Source: Octopus sinensis
Taxonomy: Eukaryota
Assembly (NCBI RefSeq): GCF_006345805.1
Contig: NC_043004.1
Span: 5,270,001 to 5,334,000, forward strand
Direction: 5' to 3'
Length of the DNA: 64,000 nucleotides
The notes under the pieces were generated by a model. That model saw only the letters and a program-made list of their open reading frames with translations, was not told the origin of the DNA and did not search any database. A program made the translations under genes and the position numbers. Shown here one piece after another: positions 49,692-63,456 of the stretch (position 1 is the first letter of the stretch; each line of letters begins with the position of its first letter).

Positions 49692-50167
49692 CTTTATAAA
49701 ATATTATTATTATTAAGGGGGCAAGCTGGCAGAATCATTAACACACTGGGTGAAATGCTTAGCAGTATTTCGGTCTACTGTTACGTTCTGATTTCAAATT
49801 CCACTGAGGTCAATTTTGTCTTTCATCCTTTTGAGGTTGATAAATTAAGTACCAGTGAAATACTGGGGTCAATATAATCGACTAGTTCCCTTCCCTCAGA
49901 TTTCAGGCCTTGTGCCTTTAGTAGAAAGGATTATTATTATCGTTATTAAGGCTGCAAGCTGGCAGAATCATTAGCATGCCGAGTAAAATGCTTAGAGGCA
50001 TTTAGTCTGTCTTTACATTCTGAGTTCAAATTCTTCTGAGGTCGACTTTGCTTTTCTTCCTTTTGGGGTTGATAAATTAAGTGCTAGTGAAACACTGGGG
50101 TAGGTGTAATCGACTAGTTCCCTCCCCTCAGATTTCAGGCCTTGTGCCTTAGTAGAAAGGATTATTA

Positions 50168-50216
<49 letters not shown>

Positions 50217-50402
50217 GCACAGTGCTAAGAACACACATATATTGTTAGCAAAACGCATATTAAAGGAGAGATTATTCTTCAAACATAAACTTTTAAATGA
50301 ATTAAAGACACAAGTATTTTTGCTTTTTGATTCTCTTCTCAAAGACAGCCATTCAACATTAAAGTGCAAAGCTGATTTGTTTTCCTTTTTATTCACTGCC
50401 AG

Positions 50403-50467
50403 AATCTATCTAAGTTTACATGGTTCCATTTTTAATTTATGTACTTCTAAGACAAGTTTATACAGTG
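50403..50467 (+). CDS. Candidate 65-nt exon (IYLSLHGSIFNLCTSKTSLYS)
   Basis: Long polypyrimidine acceptor, GTAAGT donor, one open frame (phase 2 to 1). Confidence 0.3.
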
Positions 50468-51559
50468 GTAAGTACTTTAAAGATATCTCTCCTGCTGTAT
50501 AAAACTCATATAAATTTTAATGCTGATTTTGTTCTTGAAAGAATTTTTGTGTGATAGAGTAAATTTCATTAAAGAGATTTCAATTATGCATTACTCATGC
50601 TCTTTATAGTGGTGAATTATAATTTTTTCATAGGTGCAGGTGTGGTTATGTGGTAAAGAAGTTTGCTTTCCAACTGTATGGTTCCAAGTTCAGTCCTACT
50701 GCATGGAACCATGGGTAGTTGTCTTATAGCTTGGCCAAACAAAGCCTTTGAACAGATCTGGTAAACGGAAGCTGAAAGGAAGTCATTTTGTGTGTATGTG
50801 TGTACTCTTTTGTAAATGAGCATCATTGTCATACGAGCAAGGTTGTTCATTTGCAGGTTTCAGTGGAAAACATGTCTTGCCATGGGGAAATACTATTTTG
50901 ATTGGGAACTGGTAAGAGTTGGCGACAGGAAAGTCATGCAGCCATAGAAAACGTGTCTTAATGAATTATGTCTGACCCATGCCAGCATAGCAAAGTGGAT
51001 CTTAATGATGATAGTGATGATTTCTAATTAAATTTTACATAGATTGGCCATTAATTAAATACATTTACTGAATTTAGAGCACTAAGTAATTAAAGATGTA
51101 GACTCTATTCATTGTCTAGTTTAATACCGCTTATCACTTTGGTGCTCTTAGCAAGATCTAATCTGTAAGCATTTGGGCCACATCTCCAGTGTGAAGGTAA
51201 CTCAATATCTTGATGTATTGCTTCATCCTGTAGTCACCCATGAGTCTTGGCTTCTTTCTTTCTTTCTTACTTTCTTTCTTACCAATCTCAGAGACCACAC
51301 AGAGATCATGGCTATTGGCTGTCCTTCTTCCTCTCAGATATTTAAAAAAAGGGTTGCACTTCCTCTAACTCATATTTAAACAAGATTTAATTTAGCTGTA
51401 ACTTCAGATTCATTAACATTACATGAGTGGGAGATGAATATTCCCCTGGCTAGGTCACCAGTCTATTGTTGACAGCATTCCCCTTGGTAGCTAGATGAAC
51501 TGAGGCTATTGGACTTGAGTGTCTACTCGGTGGTGGACTCTCTTATCATATGCCTGAGG

Positions 51560-51830
51560 ATTCACCAAGACAGCTGAACAGTGCAGGATTATGGAGAGCA
51601 GCCATCAACCTATGAGTGCAAGGTCAAATCTGTAAACTTTCAGTAGCATCTTCCATGTGTCCCTGTCATCTCTTATTCTATCACCACAGGATTTATGAAG
51701 AAAATGCGAGTGGGCTGGTGTCTTGGATTGCTGAACAAGCTGCACGATGAATATTATTAGAGGTGCCATGGTTTCCACTCTCTCATCCTTCAAACTCATA
51801 CTTGTCTGGTGCAACAAGTTCCACAAGACC
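51560..51830 (-). mobile_element. Decayed RTE-type LINE 3' fragment
   Basis: Minus strand ...DDRDTWKMLLKV... resembles the DR-x2-W terminal motif of RTE ORF2. Confidence 0.45.
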
Positions 51831-52769
51831 GATACTTATCAATATGTAGAATTTGTATGGAATTGTGTCTTTTTAGATAAGTTGCTAAAGAAGTGAAGGG
51901 CCACTTCAGGCCTGGGTGCATTGGGTTGTCTGTGAGCGAACTTCTTTTGGAGGAGCCTCGTGGTGCTTAGGTGTCTTTTATGTGTTACTCCCACTTTTAT
52001 GAGTGTCTTTTATGTGTTACTGGCACAGGATAAAAATCACGTGATTAAAATCTTGTAGCGACGAAATAATGTATGATTAGTTTAAAGCAATGAGAACAAA
52101 TAATAATTACATCTGACAGAGAAATCTGAATGCCAAATAAATACAGTAACCTTTTCGTTACTGTATTCATTTTGAGATGCTCTGTGTTTCTTTCAATTAC
52201 TTTAAATATAACAAAGAATTTAGTAAAATAACTTAGTGTTAGTAACATAAATTGTGACTAAGGTTTGGTGGAAGGTTTTAATTCAAAATTTATGAAAACA
52301 AAACATTTGTACTCAGAGCCAGAGCCATTTTCAGTGGGATTGGTAACAAAAGGGTTAAGAATTGTTTCTCTATAATATATTTTAACCCTTTTGTTACCAT
52401 ATTTCTGTTGAGATACTCTGTTTTTCTTTCAATTACTTTTAAATATAACAAAGAATTTAGTAAAATAATTTAGTTATGATTCAGCTAGTGTTAGGAACAT
52501 GAATTGTGACTAAGGTTTGGTGGAAGATTTTAATTCAGAACTTATGAAAACAAGACATTTGTACTCAGAGCCAGAGCCAGTTTCGGCTGGGTTGGTAATG
52601 AAAGGGTTAAATGTACTCTTATTCTCACCCTCAAACATACAATACTCTATTTTCATCGTTACTGTTTTTTACATTTCACTTTATTCCTATTTATGTTTAC
52701 TTTTATTAATATATTTAATAAATGCATCAGAAAGTAGGAAATGCTTGAAATTGATGCAAAAGAAAAAGA

Positions 52770-53130
52770 GTCACTTATTCAAGCCCTTCTCTTGCTATGG
52801 TGCATTGGACATCAATGAGTTTTTCTCCACTGTTCTTTCCTCTGAGTTGTTATTTTTGATTTTCTTCCAGTTGGCTCCCTGTTTTTTCAGTTCTGCTTCA
52901 GTATCCCACTTCCGGTTATTTTTAGGGTGTTCTCTTGTCTGCCTCACTTGCGAGCGCCAGGTTAGGTCCTGGTTTCCTTGAGGGGAAGATTTCCCTCTGT
53001 CTGGTCTTGTTAATTTTGAATTGTCATTGATGTTTCTCTAACTTAGATTTTCTCTGGGTATGGGTTTTGGCCCAGCGCAAATCCATTTTCACCCTTGGAA
53101 AATGTGGTCATATTATTCTGGCCTCTGTTT
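52770..53130 (-). mobile_element. Decayed RTE-type LINE 3' fragment
   Basis: Minus strand reads DTEAELKKQGANWKKIK..., resembling the RRDTEAELK...W terminal block of RTE ORF2. Confidence 0.6.
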
Positions 53131-53595
53131 TTTGACTGCTCAGCACGGGAAGCACTATCAGGAGCTTGCACTCTGCTGGTATATGTGTGTGTGTGTGTGT
53201 GTTGTGTGTGTGTGTATATATATATATATTATGTTAGGGCATGGACTAGTGTGTTGCACTCATGATCCCTAGATTGTGGTTTCAATTCCTAGACCGGGTG
53301 GTGTATTGTGTTCTTGACCAAAACATTTCGTCTCATGTTGCTCTGTGATCACTTTGACACCTGATGCCTGGTACACTGTGCACCTGTCCAGACAACATTG
53401 ATTTGATGGAGAGAGTGAGCTAATAGGCAGCACAAACATTTGTTCATAATAAACAAATCGTTTGTGTAGGCTGTATGGCAAAAGCTAAATGCTTATATGT
53501 CATCTTCAACAGGAGAGTCCATCATGTATATATATATATATAAACATTATCGACCACACATACTGAATGTATATGTGTTGTGTGTTTGCTAGTAG

Positions 53596-53667
53596 GCTGT
53601 GAATTGGTGTGATGGAGATTTCTACCTCAAAGTGCTTGCTTTTAAGACACCTGAAAGTGATGGACAG
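53596..53667 (+). CDS. Candidate 72-nt exon (AVNWCDGDFYLKVLAFKTPESDGQ)
   Basis: TTTGCTAGTAG acceptor, CAG/GTGAGA donor, phase 0-0, protein-like composition; product not recognised. Confidence 0.45.
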
Positions 53668-54778
53668 GTGAGACAACTCACCTCAAATCCCATCAAGTGG
53701 ATGTATGATGAATGGTTTACATTTATGATCATATCTTTCTTTTCTTTTTTTTTCTTTGTTTTTTTTTTGTTTTGTTTTTTTTGCCATGCATAGCTGTGTA
53801 GTTAAGAACCTTGTTTTGCAGCCATGTGGTTTCAGGTTCGGTCCCACTGTGTAGAACCTTGGGCAAGTGTCTCAACTATAGCTTCAGCTCAGTCAATGCT
53901 TTGTGAGTGAATATGGTAGATGGAAACTGTAGTAGCTCGTGTGTGTGTGTGTGTGTACATGTATAAGTATGTTTATGTGTGAATGTATGTATGTGTGTCT
54001 TTGTGCTTGTGTCTCTCCCACCTCCTCTTGACAACTGTGTTGGTTTGTTTACATGTCTGTAACTAAGCAGTTTAGCAAAAGAGACTGACAGAATAAGTCC
54101 CAGACTTAAAAAAAAATTCAGTACTGTGGTTGATTTGTTCAATTAAGCCCTTCAAGGTGGTGCCCCAGCATGGCTACAGTCCAATGACTGAAACATATCA
54201 TAGAATAAAAGAGAGACTCATTATTCCTAAAACAGCATTTTCTGATGTTACCTTATCTGATGCAGTAGGTCGTGCTTTGTGAGGGATTTAGCTGCTGTTT
54301 TTAGTATTGTCTCTTCCTTGTCTTGTATAATGTTTTATGCAGTGTTTTTCATGAGGGGCACCCGAAAGGAATGAAAACCAGGGGGAAATATTGCCATGTT
54401 TGTTAAAATTAGATGGTCTTTAACCTGTTAGTATATAAACTGGTCATATCTACCCCAAATATTCAATCTGTTCTGTGTTCAAACAGGCCAGATCCAGCCT
54501 TTCATACCTACCCTTCAGTGTCATTCCAAAAATAAGCAGTCACATCATTTTAAAATCTCAAAACAACAAGATAATGTGTAATTAATTCAGAACAGTGTGA
54601 AGATATGTGGCCTAAGCACAGGAGTGGCTGTGTGGTAAGTAGCTTACTTACCAACCACATGGTTCCAGGTTCAGTCCCACTGTGTGGCACCTTGGACAAG
54701 TGTCTTCTACAATAGCCTCGGACTGACCAAAGCTTTGTGAGTGGATTTGGTAGACGGAAACTGAAAGAAACCTGTCAA

Positions 54779-54819
<41 letters not shown>

Positions 54820-55848
54820 TTTGTCCCTCCAACATCACTTGACAACCATGCTGGTGTGTTTACATCCCCATAATTTAGCAGTTCGGCAAAGTGACCGATA
54901 GAATAAGTACTAGGCTAACAAAAAATAAGTCCTGGGGTTGATTTGTTCGAAAAGGCGGTGCTCCAGCATGACAACAGTCAAATGACTGAAACAAGTAAAA
55001 GAATAAAAGAATAGTTGTTTGGGTGTTCTACTCACAATTGCTAGAGTGTGGGTTCGTTTCTTGGACTAGGTAGCGTGTTGTGCTCTAGTGCTGTGTGGGG
55101 ATCAGCATGTCAAAGAATAGACCCAGTGTTTCCTCTGCATGTCATAAAAGGCAATTAAATGAGGTTGAGGTAGGATTTGCACTCTGACTCATAAAAACCC
55201 TCACCATCAATGACTACCCAAACAGACCCATGGGTTGGATGGTTGTCGCCTGAGTGGTGCAACAGTGCCATCCGCCAGGAGTAGGGAATTACCAACAAAT
55301 GGTAAATGCAGTGACTCACTGTTACAGCGGATGCCCCTATACTACTACTCTTTTACTTGCTTCAGTCATTTGACTGTGGCCATGCTTGAGTACTACCTTT
55401 AGTCAAGCAAATCAACCCCAGGACTTATTCTTTGTAAGCCTAGTACTTATTCTGTTACACTCTCTGAGTGGTTGGTATTAGGAAGGGCATCTGGCTGTAG
55501 AAACTATGCCAGATCAGATGGGAGTCTGGCGCAGCCTTCCAGCTTGCCAGCCTTGGTCAAACCATCCAACCCATGCCAGCATGGAAAGCGAACGTTAAAT
55601 GATGAGGATGATGATGAAACTCTGTTTTGTTTTCTTATTACACTTTACACTTTTACTTGTTTCAGTCATTTTGACTGTGGTCATGCTAAAACACCACCTT
55701 TTAGTCAAAGAAATTGATCCCTGGACTTATTTGTAAACTTGGTACTCATTCTATCGGTCTGCTGAACTGCTATGTTATGGGGATGTAAACACACCAAGAT
55801 CGATTGTCAAGCAATGGTGAAGGGACAATCACAGACACAAACACACAA

Positions 55849-55895
<47 letters not shown>

Positions 55896-56912
55896 TGACA
55901 TGCTTCTTTCAGTTTCCATCTACCAAATCCACTCCTGAGGCTATAGTAGAAGACACTTGCCCTAGGTGCCACACAGTGGAACTGAACCTGGAACCATGTG
56001 GTTGGGAAGCATGCATCTTGCCTCACAGCCATCAATAAAGATTTGAGCAGGACTGGTGGGGAGAGAAGGGGGTTGGGGTCTGTTAGTTTAAGGGCCACTG
56101 GTTTAGTACATTAAAGCCAAGGCTAAATGCAATTTCCATAGCATATAAGTGATTGAGATTATAACATTCTCCTTTAAACGGGATGCTGATCCATCATAGG
56201 GTTATAAGGCACAGGTGTGGCTGTTTGGTTGAGAATCAAGCTTCTCAACCATCTGGTGCTGGGTTCAATCTGAATGTGTGGCACCTTGGACATGAGTCTT
56301 CTACTATATAGTGAGTGGATTTAGAAGATGGAAACTGAAAGAAGCCCATCTTATATACATGTGTCAGTGTGTGTGTGTACCGTTCTCTTGACATTATGTG
56401 ATGGTTTAAATTAGCATTACTGTCATGCAAGCAATGTCCTTCATTTCTAGTCTTCCATGAAAAAACATGTCTGACCATGGGAAATTATTATGTTGCTTGG
56501 AAACAGGTGAGGGTTGTCAACGCGATGGGTATCCAGCTGTAGAAAATGTACCTCAACAATTTCTATCTGACCCGTGCAAGCATGGAAAAATGAACATTAA
56601 ATTATGATGATGATAATGTCTGTCAATATGAGTTTCAAGAATGTCTTTTCCGTGTGGCAGGTATGTCTTAGATAAGAGACAAGAAGTGCATCCAGCTTTT
56701 GAAAAATCTGCCTCAATGAATTTTGTTTAATGCATCCGAGTACGGAAAAATGGACCTTGAAACAATGATGATCTTCATCATGGGGATGATGAAACATATA
56801 TTGAGAAAACAAAGTCACTGCCTTTGATATTGGCAAAATCATTGACAAGCAAGCCTCTATGTCTAACACCTTTTCTATAGATTACAGCAGGATTAGACCT
56901 TTCTCTCAGTTC

Positions 56913-57014
56913 TTATTGTGTCAGCCTATGTTTTTTGGTATCTGCTCCATCGATTTTGATGTCTCCTAAGAACCCATCATTTACTTGCATCTCTTTCTCC
57001 TCGTTAGAGACCTC
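56913..57014 (-). CDS. Candidate exon (EVSNEEKEMQVNDGFLGDIKIDGADTKKHRLTQ*)
   Basis: GTAATTTCAG acceptor, 33 open codons, internal CAA/GTAAAT donor option; purine-rich strand bias could mimic this. Confidence 0.25.
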   Translation of the reverse strand, partial: EVSNEEKEMQVNDGFLGDIKIDGADTKKHRLTQ

Positions 57015-57287
57015 CTGAAATTACTGCTATTCCTACATCATTGTCACCGTCATCATCATCATTTAACACGGATTTTCCTATGCTTGCATGGGTCAGACAG
57101 AATTTGCTGAGGCAGGTTTTCTATGGTCGGATGCCCTTCCTATTGTCAAGTAAGATAATATTTCCCCATAGCAAGACAGGTTTTCATGGAAGACTGGAAA
57201 CAAACAACCCCACTTATGTGATGGTGATGCTCATTTACAACTATCATGTGATGTCTAAACAAAGTCACACACAAATATACATATGAG

Positions 57288-57357
<70 letters not shown>

Positions 57358-58127
57358 ATGACTGGCTTCTTTCAGTTGCTGTCTTCCAAATCTATACATA
57401 AGACTTTTGTCAGCCTGGGGCTAAAGTAGAAGGCCCTTGCCCAAAATGCCACAAAGTGGGCTTGAACCCAAGACCCAAGATTTTTAACTACACAACCATG
57501 TCTGTGACTTAGAGAATGAGAATGCAGTAAAGTGGTTTGTGCTATACAGATGCAGGATGGAATGGTCTGAGTAAATACCAGGAGAAAAAAAAGTATTAAA
57601 GTTTGATCAGTATAAACACTGGTTTCCAGATTCTTTTCTACTCTAGGCACAAGGGAGCCAGTCAATTAGATTGACCCCTGTATGCAACTGGTACTTAATT
57701 TATCGATCCCAAAAGGATGAAAGGCTAAGTTGACCTCAGTGGAATTTGAACTCAGAACGTAAATACAGACGAAATGCCGCTAAGTATTTCACTTGGCATG
57801 CTAATGTTTCTTATTTCTTTATTGCCACAAGGGGCTAAGCATAGAGGGGACAATCAAGGACAGATAAAGGGATTAAGTCGATGACATTGACCCAGTATGT
57901 AACTGGTACTTAATTTATCGATCCCGAAAGGATGAAAGGCAAAGTCGACTTCGGCGTAATTTGAACTCAGAACATAACGGCAGACAAAATACTGCTAAGC
58001 ATTTCACCCGGTGTGCTAACATTTCTGCCAGCTTGCCACCTTTTTCTCAGATTCAGCACCTTAGGCATGTGAGACATTTTGGCATTGCTGATTTGGCACC
58101 GACTTACTTGACATCAGACATTTTAAC

Positions 58128-58158
<31 letters not shown>

Positions 58159-58410
58159 CCTCCTCCTCCTCTCTCTCTGTTTATGCACATGAGCATATTA
58201 CTCATTATGTATATTAAGAGGGGGAAAGTTTTCATATCATTATGTTCAATTAATAAATCATAGTGCCTATGCTAGTGCTATGTAAAAAAACACCCAGTAC
58301 TCTCTGTAAAGTGGTTGTTGTTAGGAAAGGCCCCCAGTTGTGGAAACCATGCCAAAACAAACAATTGGAGCCTGTTGTAGCTCTCTGAATTGCCAGCTCC
58401 TGTCAAACTG

Positions 58411-58658
58411 TCCAACCCATGCTGGCATGAAAAACATGCTAAATGATGATGATGATGGTGATGTCTCTTCTCCCCCGCTTCTCTTACTCCCATCTCTCTC
58501 CTTTTGTATATTTCTGCGTGTGTGCAGTGTCAAAATGTAGTCACCAAAACTGGTCAGATGTCCAGTCCGTGTCCAAACAGCTGCATCCAATTGTCCAATC
58601 ATCTCATTCCATATACAGAAGTAATTACTGGGCTATTATTCTTTTATTTGTTTCAGTC
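58411..58658 (+). repeat. Copy 1 of a local duplication containing a 93-nt exon-like segment (58528-58620)
   Basis: Nearly identical to 59237-59493; polypyrimidine plus GTGCAG acceptor and GAA/GTAATT donor; phase 0 reads CQNVVTKTGQMSSPCPNSCIQLSNHLIPYTE. Confidence 0.9.
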
Positions 58659-59236
58659 ATTTGACTGCAGCCATACTGGAGCACCGGCCTTAGTTGAAGA
58701 AATCAACCCCAAGACTTATTCTTTGTAAGCTTAGTACTTATTCTATTGGTTTCTTTTGCTGAACTGTTAAGTTACGGTGACGTAAACACACAAACATTGG
58801 TTGTCAAGCGATGTCTGTATTTGCCCCCGCCACCATCACTTGACAACCGATGTTGGTGTGTTTACATCCCTGTAACTTTGTGGTTTGGCAAAAGCGACCA
58901 CTAGAATAAGTACTAGGCTTACAAAGAATAAGTCCTGGGGTCGATTTGTTTCGACTAAAGGTGGTACTCCACCATGACTGCAGTGAAATGACTGAAACAA
59001 TTGAAAAAGAAAAGAATAAGTACTCGAGTTGATTTGTTTGACTAAAACCCTTCTAAGCAATGCCCCAGCATGGTCACAACACAATGACTGAAACAAGTAA
59101 AAGATAAAAGATTATACCAAATCATCTCCTAGTTGAGGGCTATACTGCACTTTTTGACTGAGTGGTGATGAACCATATTTGGTATGATATGATAATTACT
59201 TGCTTATTTTATTTTTGTGTCACAACCCATGCTGTC

Positions 59237-59493
59237 TCCAACCCATGCTGGCATGAAAAACATGCTAAATGATGATGATGATGATGATGATGGTGATGTC
59301 TCTTCTCCCCCGCTTCTCTTACTCCCATCTCTCTCCTTTTGTATATTTCTACGTGTGTGCAGTGTCAAAATGTAGTCACCAAAACTGGTCAGATGTCCAG
59401 TCTGTGTCCAAACAGCTGCATCCAATTGTCCAATCATCTCATTCCATATGTAGAAGTAATTACTGGGCTACTGTTCTTTTATTTGTTTCAGTC
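59237..59493 (+). repeat. Copy 2 of the local duplication (exon-like segment 59363-59455)
   Basis: About 6 substitutions plus 9 extra bp of GAT repeat versus copy 1; splice sites retained. Confidence 0.9.
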
Positions 59494-59907
59494 TTATTTA
59501 TCTAAGTCTGATGCAGTTGCCTTTGTTCAAATGGGAAGGTCCTCTGGAAAGAAAGATTGACTTTTAACTGTAAAGTTGAATGATTGCAACTTTTACGTCT
59601 TTTAATGACTTTGCAACAATTTTGGGTTGACAAAACTGCAATAATTGATGTCATAAGGTGGTGAGCTGGCAGAAATGTTAGCATGTCGGGTTAAATGCTT
59701 AGCAGTATTTCATCTGTCTTTATGTTCTGAGTTCAAATTCTGCCATGGTCAACTTTGACTTTCATCCTTTCGGGGTCGATAAATTAAGTACCAGTTGCAT
59801 ACAGGGGCCAATCTAATCGACTGGCCACCTCCCCAAAATTTTCAAGCCTTGTGCCCAGAGTAGAAAAAAATAATTGATGTTGTTGAATGTTAATTCTCAA
59901 AGATTAT

Positions 59908-59951
<44 letters not shown>

Positions 59952-60603
59952 GTACATATGCATGTGTTGAAGATTAAGTTTTGGGGATTTCTAAAATGAT
60001 AATATTCAAAGTGTTCATATACATCTACTATAGCCTGTGTCATCATCATCATCATCATCATTGTCATTTTAGTGTCTGCTTTTCCATGCTCACTTGGCTC
60101 AGATGGAATTTTCTGCAGCTGGATGCCCTTCCTGTCACCAACCCTCACCTATTTCCTAGTAAAGTAATATTTTCCCCATGACCAAACATGTTTGCAGTTA
60201 AGATTAGAAACAAAGGACACTCATAATAACAGCACTCACCATTATCATGCAATGTCAAGGCAAGGAAACAGTAACACACATACGCACACACACTCACTCA
60301 CACATACACACACACACACACGCGCGCGTGCATGCAAACACACACACAGACACATATATGGCATGTAAAAAGCACCATCTGAACGTGGGTGATGCCAGCA
60401 CTGCCTTGACTGGCTTCCGTGCTGGTGGTACGTAAAAAGCACCCACTACACTCACGGAGTGGTTGGCATTAGGGAGGGCATCCAGCTGTAGAAACACTAC
60501 CCGATCAGACTGGAGCCTGGTGCAGCCTCCAGGCATCCCAGACCCTGGTCAAACTGTCCAGCCCATGCTAGCATGGAAAACGGACGTTAAACGATGATGA
60601 TGA

Positions 60604-60668
<65 letters not shown>

Positions 60669-61624
60669 CGAGAGGTTTTGGTATCCAGAAGACCCAAAAT
60701 GGCAGGTAAGACTATGTAAGTGCTACGAAAGGACTGTAGTTATTTAACTGTCTCATATCGTCTCTGCCTTTCTCTTTATAAATGTCCTAGAAATTTCACA
60801 CTGCCTTGGCTTTGCTGTTCCATTTTATTTAACACACACACACTGCTGACTACCAAATCCATCTACAAGGCTTTGGTTGGCCCAGGGCTATAGTAGATGA
60901 CACTTGCTCAAGATGCCATGCAGTGAGACTGAACCTAACTCCATGTGATTGGGAATCAAACTTCTTACCACACCTGCCCCTATTGACACAACTAAATTAA
61001 TCTCACAGTGGTCCCAATGTTGGGTCTTCTCGTTACTCATTCAGTGGAACTCTCTGCTGATAGAATTGCAAAGAAAATGGTTGAATATTCCAAAGAGACT
61101 TGCACTCTTAGTTCAGTCTTCGGAGTGACTCGGTACAACATTAGATGTGACAAACTGGGTCTTTGAATTACAAATAAAGTACATCTGATGGGCTTCTATA
61201 CAATTCCTTTCTGCCCAGTTTCATTCATAGCACTTGGGTTGATATGAGGATTTTGTAGATGATGCTGGCTCATGGGGTACATAAGGGACTTGATCCCAGA
61301 CCCTCATGATTGTAAGGTACTTCTGATCATTTTATTCTACCTATACACATCTTGTAAACAGACTTAATTCTTTCATACAAAATTAAAAAAAAAAAAAAAC
61401 ATTTATCTTTTACTTGTTTCAGTCATTGGACAGTCGCCATACTAGGGTATCACCATGACAGTCTAGTTGAACAAATTGACCCCAGAACTTGGTTTTTTTA
61501 TGCTTGGTACTTATTCTGTTGGTCCCTTTTACTGAACTGCTAAGTTATAGGGGCATAAACAAACTAACACCAGTTGTCAAGTGGTTGTGGGGGACAAACG
61601 TAGTTACAAAGAAATGTATACACA

Positions 61625-61677
<53 letters not shown>

Positions 61678-61869
61678 GTTTCTACACAGTTTCCTTTTAT
61701 GACAGACATATTCACAAGTCATTGGTCAACTCAGGGCTATAATAGAAGACACTTGCCTAAGGTGCCATGCCGTGGGACTGAACCCAAAACCACTTTGTTG
61801 CAAAATGGGCTTCTTAACCACACAGCCATGTCTGCACCTAACAATTTTTCTTTACTCTACAAATTTTAG

Positions 61870-61888
61870 CTTCAATTATGGAAGGCTG
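61870..61888 (+). CDS. Candidate 19-nt micro-exon (LQLWKA, phase 0-1)
   Basis: AAATTTTAG acceptor and CTG/GTAAGG donor. Confidence 0.25.
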
Positions 61889-63425
61889 GTAAGGAAATTA
61901 AAAACATTAATTTGCAATGATGTAAACAGAAGTCAACTTGATGAACTGAATTTTCAGTGTCATGATTGGCAATATGGATTGCATGATGTGATTGTAGACC
62001 CCATGTTGAGTCCTGATTGAGCTGAACTATGATCAGCTACGTTCCAGCCATGACCATCTCATCTAACTTTCAGTTATGGAGTATCTAGGACTACATTATC
62101 CAATCTGCCCTTCCAATGCTTAAGAAAAATATGGGTTGAGATTTGACTGTTGTTTCTAGCAAGTCGAGCATCCATTTAGAGAGGCACTCTCTTTTACTTG
62201 CAATAATTGTTGCTGGTGTTGTCCTAATTTTCAAATCATTATTTTTAATTGCTGCATAAATGACGTTGAGATTTCTAGTCACATGTTATCATTGACACCC
62301 ATTAAACATTTTGCTGTTTAACCCCAGGCTGGCTCTGGTTGTCCAGAATTATGATCAAAAACAATCCAGCTATATAACCTCTTACTTATTTTTTTAAAAG
62401 TTTTTTTTTTACTTGTTTCAGTCATTAGACCGTGGCCATGCTAGGGTACCACCTTGAAGAATTTTTCTTTGAATGAATTGACCCCACTTTTTTTTAAGGC
62501 TGGCATTTATTTTATCTGAACTGCTAAGTTAGGGGGGATGTAAACGTGCCAATGCCGGTTGTCCAGCAGTGGTGGCAAATCGACGCAGATACAAAGACAC
62601 ATACACACACATACAGATTATATGTATATGACAGGCTTCTTTCAGTTTCCATCTACCAAATACACACACAAAGCTTTTGTTGGCCTGAGGTTGACCTTGT
62701 TATATTTTATATGCCATCAGATATGGTGTGGTGGTAAGAAGCTTGCTTCCCAACCACATGGTTCTGGGTTCAGTACCACTGCATGGCACCTTGGGTGAGG
62801 GTCTTCTACATTTTTATTGCTAACTTTTACATAGCTGGGGCTTGAAGTGTTTATGAATGCATACCTGATCGTTATAGACTCTATACGAGATCTTTTTTAC
62901 TCAGTAGTTTTATAAAATACATTTGAAAACTTTCACATACATTAAAAGCTACTAGAAATTTTAGCATTTTCTCATAGGTGTAATGCATAAGAAGGTAGAA
63001 AGAAAGTAGAAGTTATTTTACATCTACATGAAAGTTTTCACAGATATAAAATGGCTATCAAATTTGTTAACAGAAAGACATTATATATATCTATAAATCT
63101 ATGTCTGTATCTATATATGAAAAGAAATATATATATATATATATGGGGCTTTGTTGGAGCTGGATTTTCTACGGGGATCATACTCTTGCTTACCACCAAC
63201 CTCAGTTTCTAGACACGAGTGGTCCTGAGACCAAGGCCTCTACCATGATTTTTAAGAAATGTGGTGGGAAGCCTCATGATAACAAAGGAGAATGGACACC
63301 AGCCAGCCAGCCCAAAGGTTGGGTGGGCTGCACTTGCCTACATTGGTTGCTATGGCATTGAGGTAGATCTGGCCACCCCCTGTTAATGGAGACAAAACCC
63401 GGATTTAAAACACTAGATGATGATG

Positions 63426-63456
<31 letters not shown>

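Noticed and set aside
55100-55175. Possible HDV-like ribozyme (TTCCTC loop followed by a hairpin and TAAA)
   Set aside because: Could not assign P1, P1.1 and P2 pairings, and the copy is decayed.
61030-61190. Open frame VPMLGLLVTHSVELSADRIAKKMVEYSK
   Set aside because: Aligns by eye to the SINE domain seen at 36900-37060 and 22550-22720, so it is a degenerate repeat.
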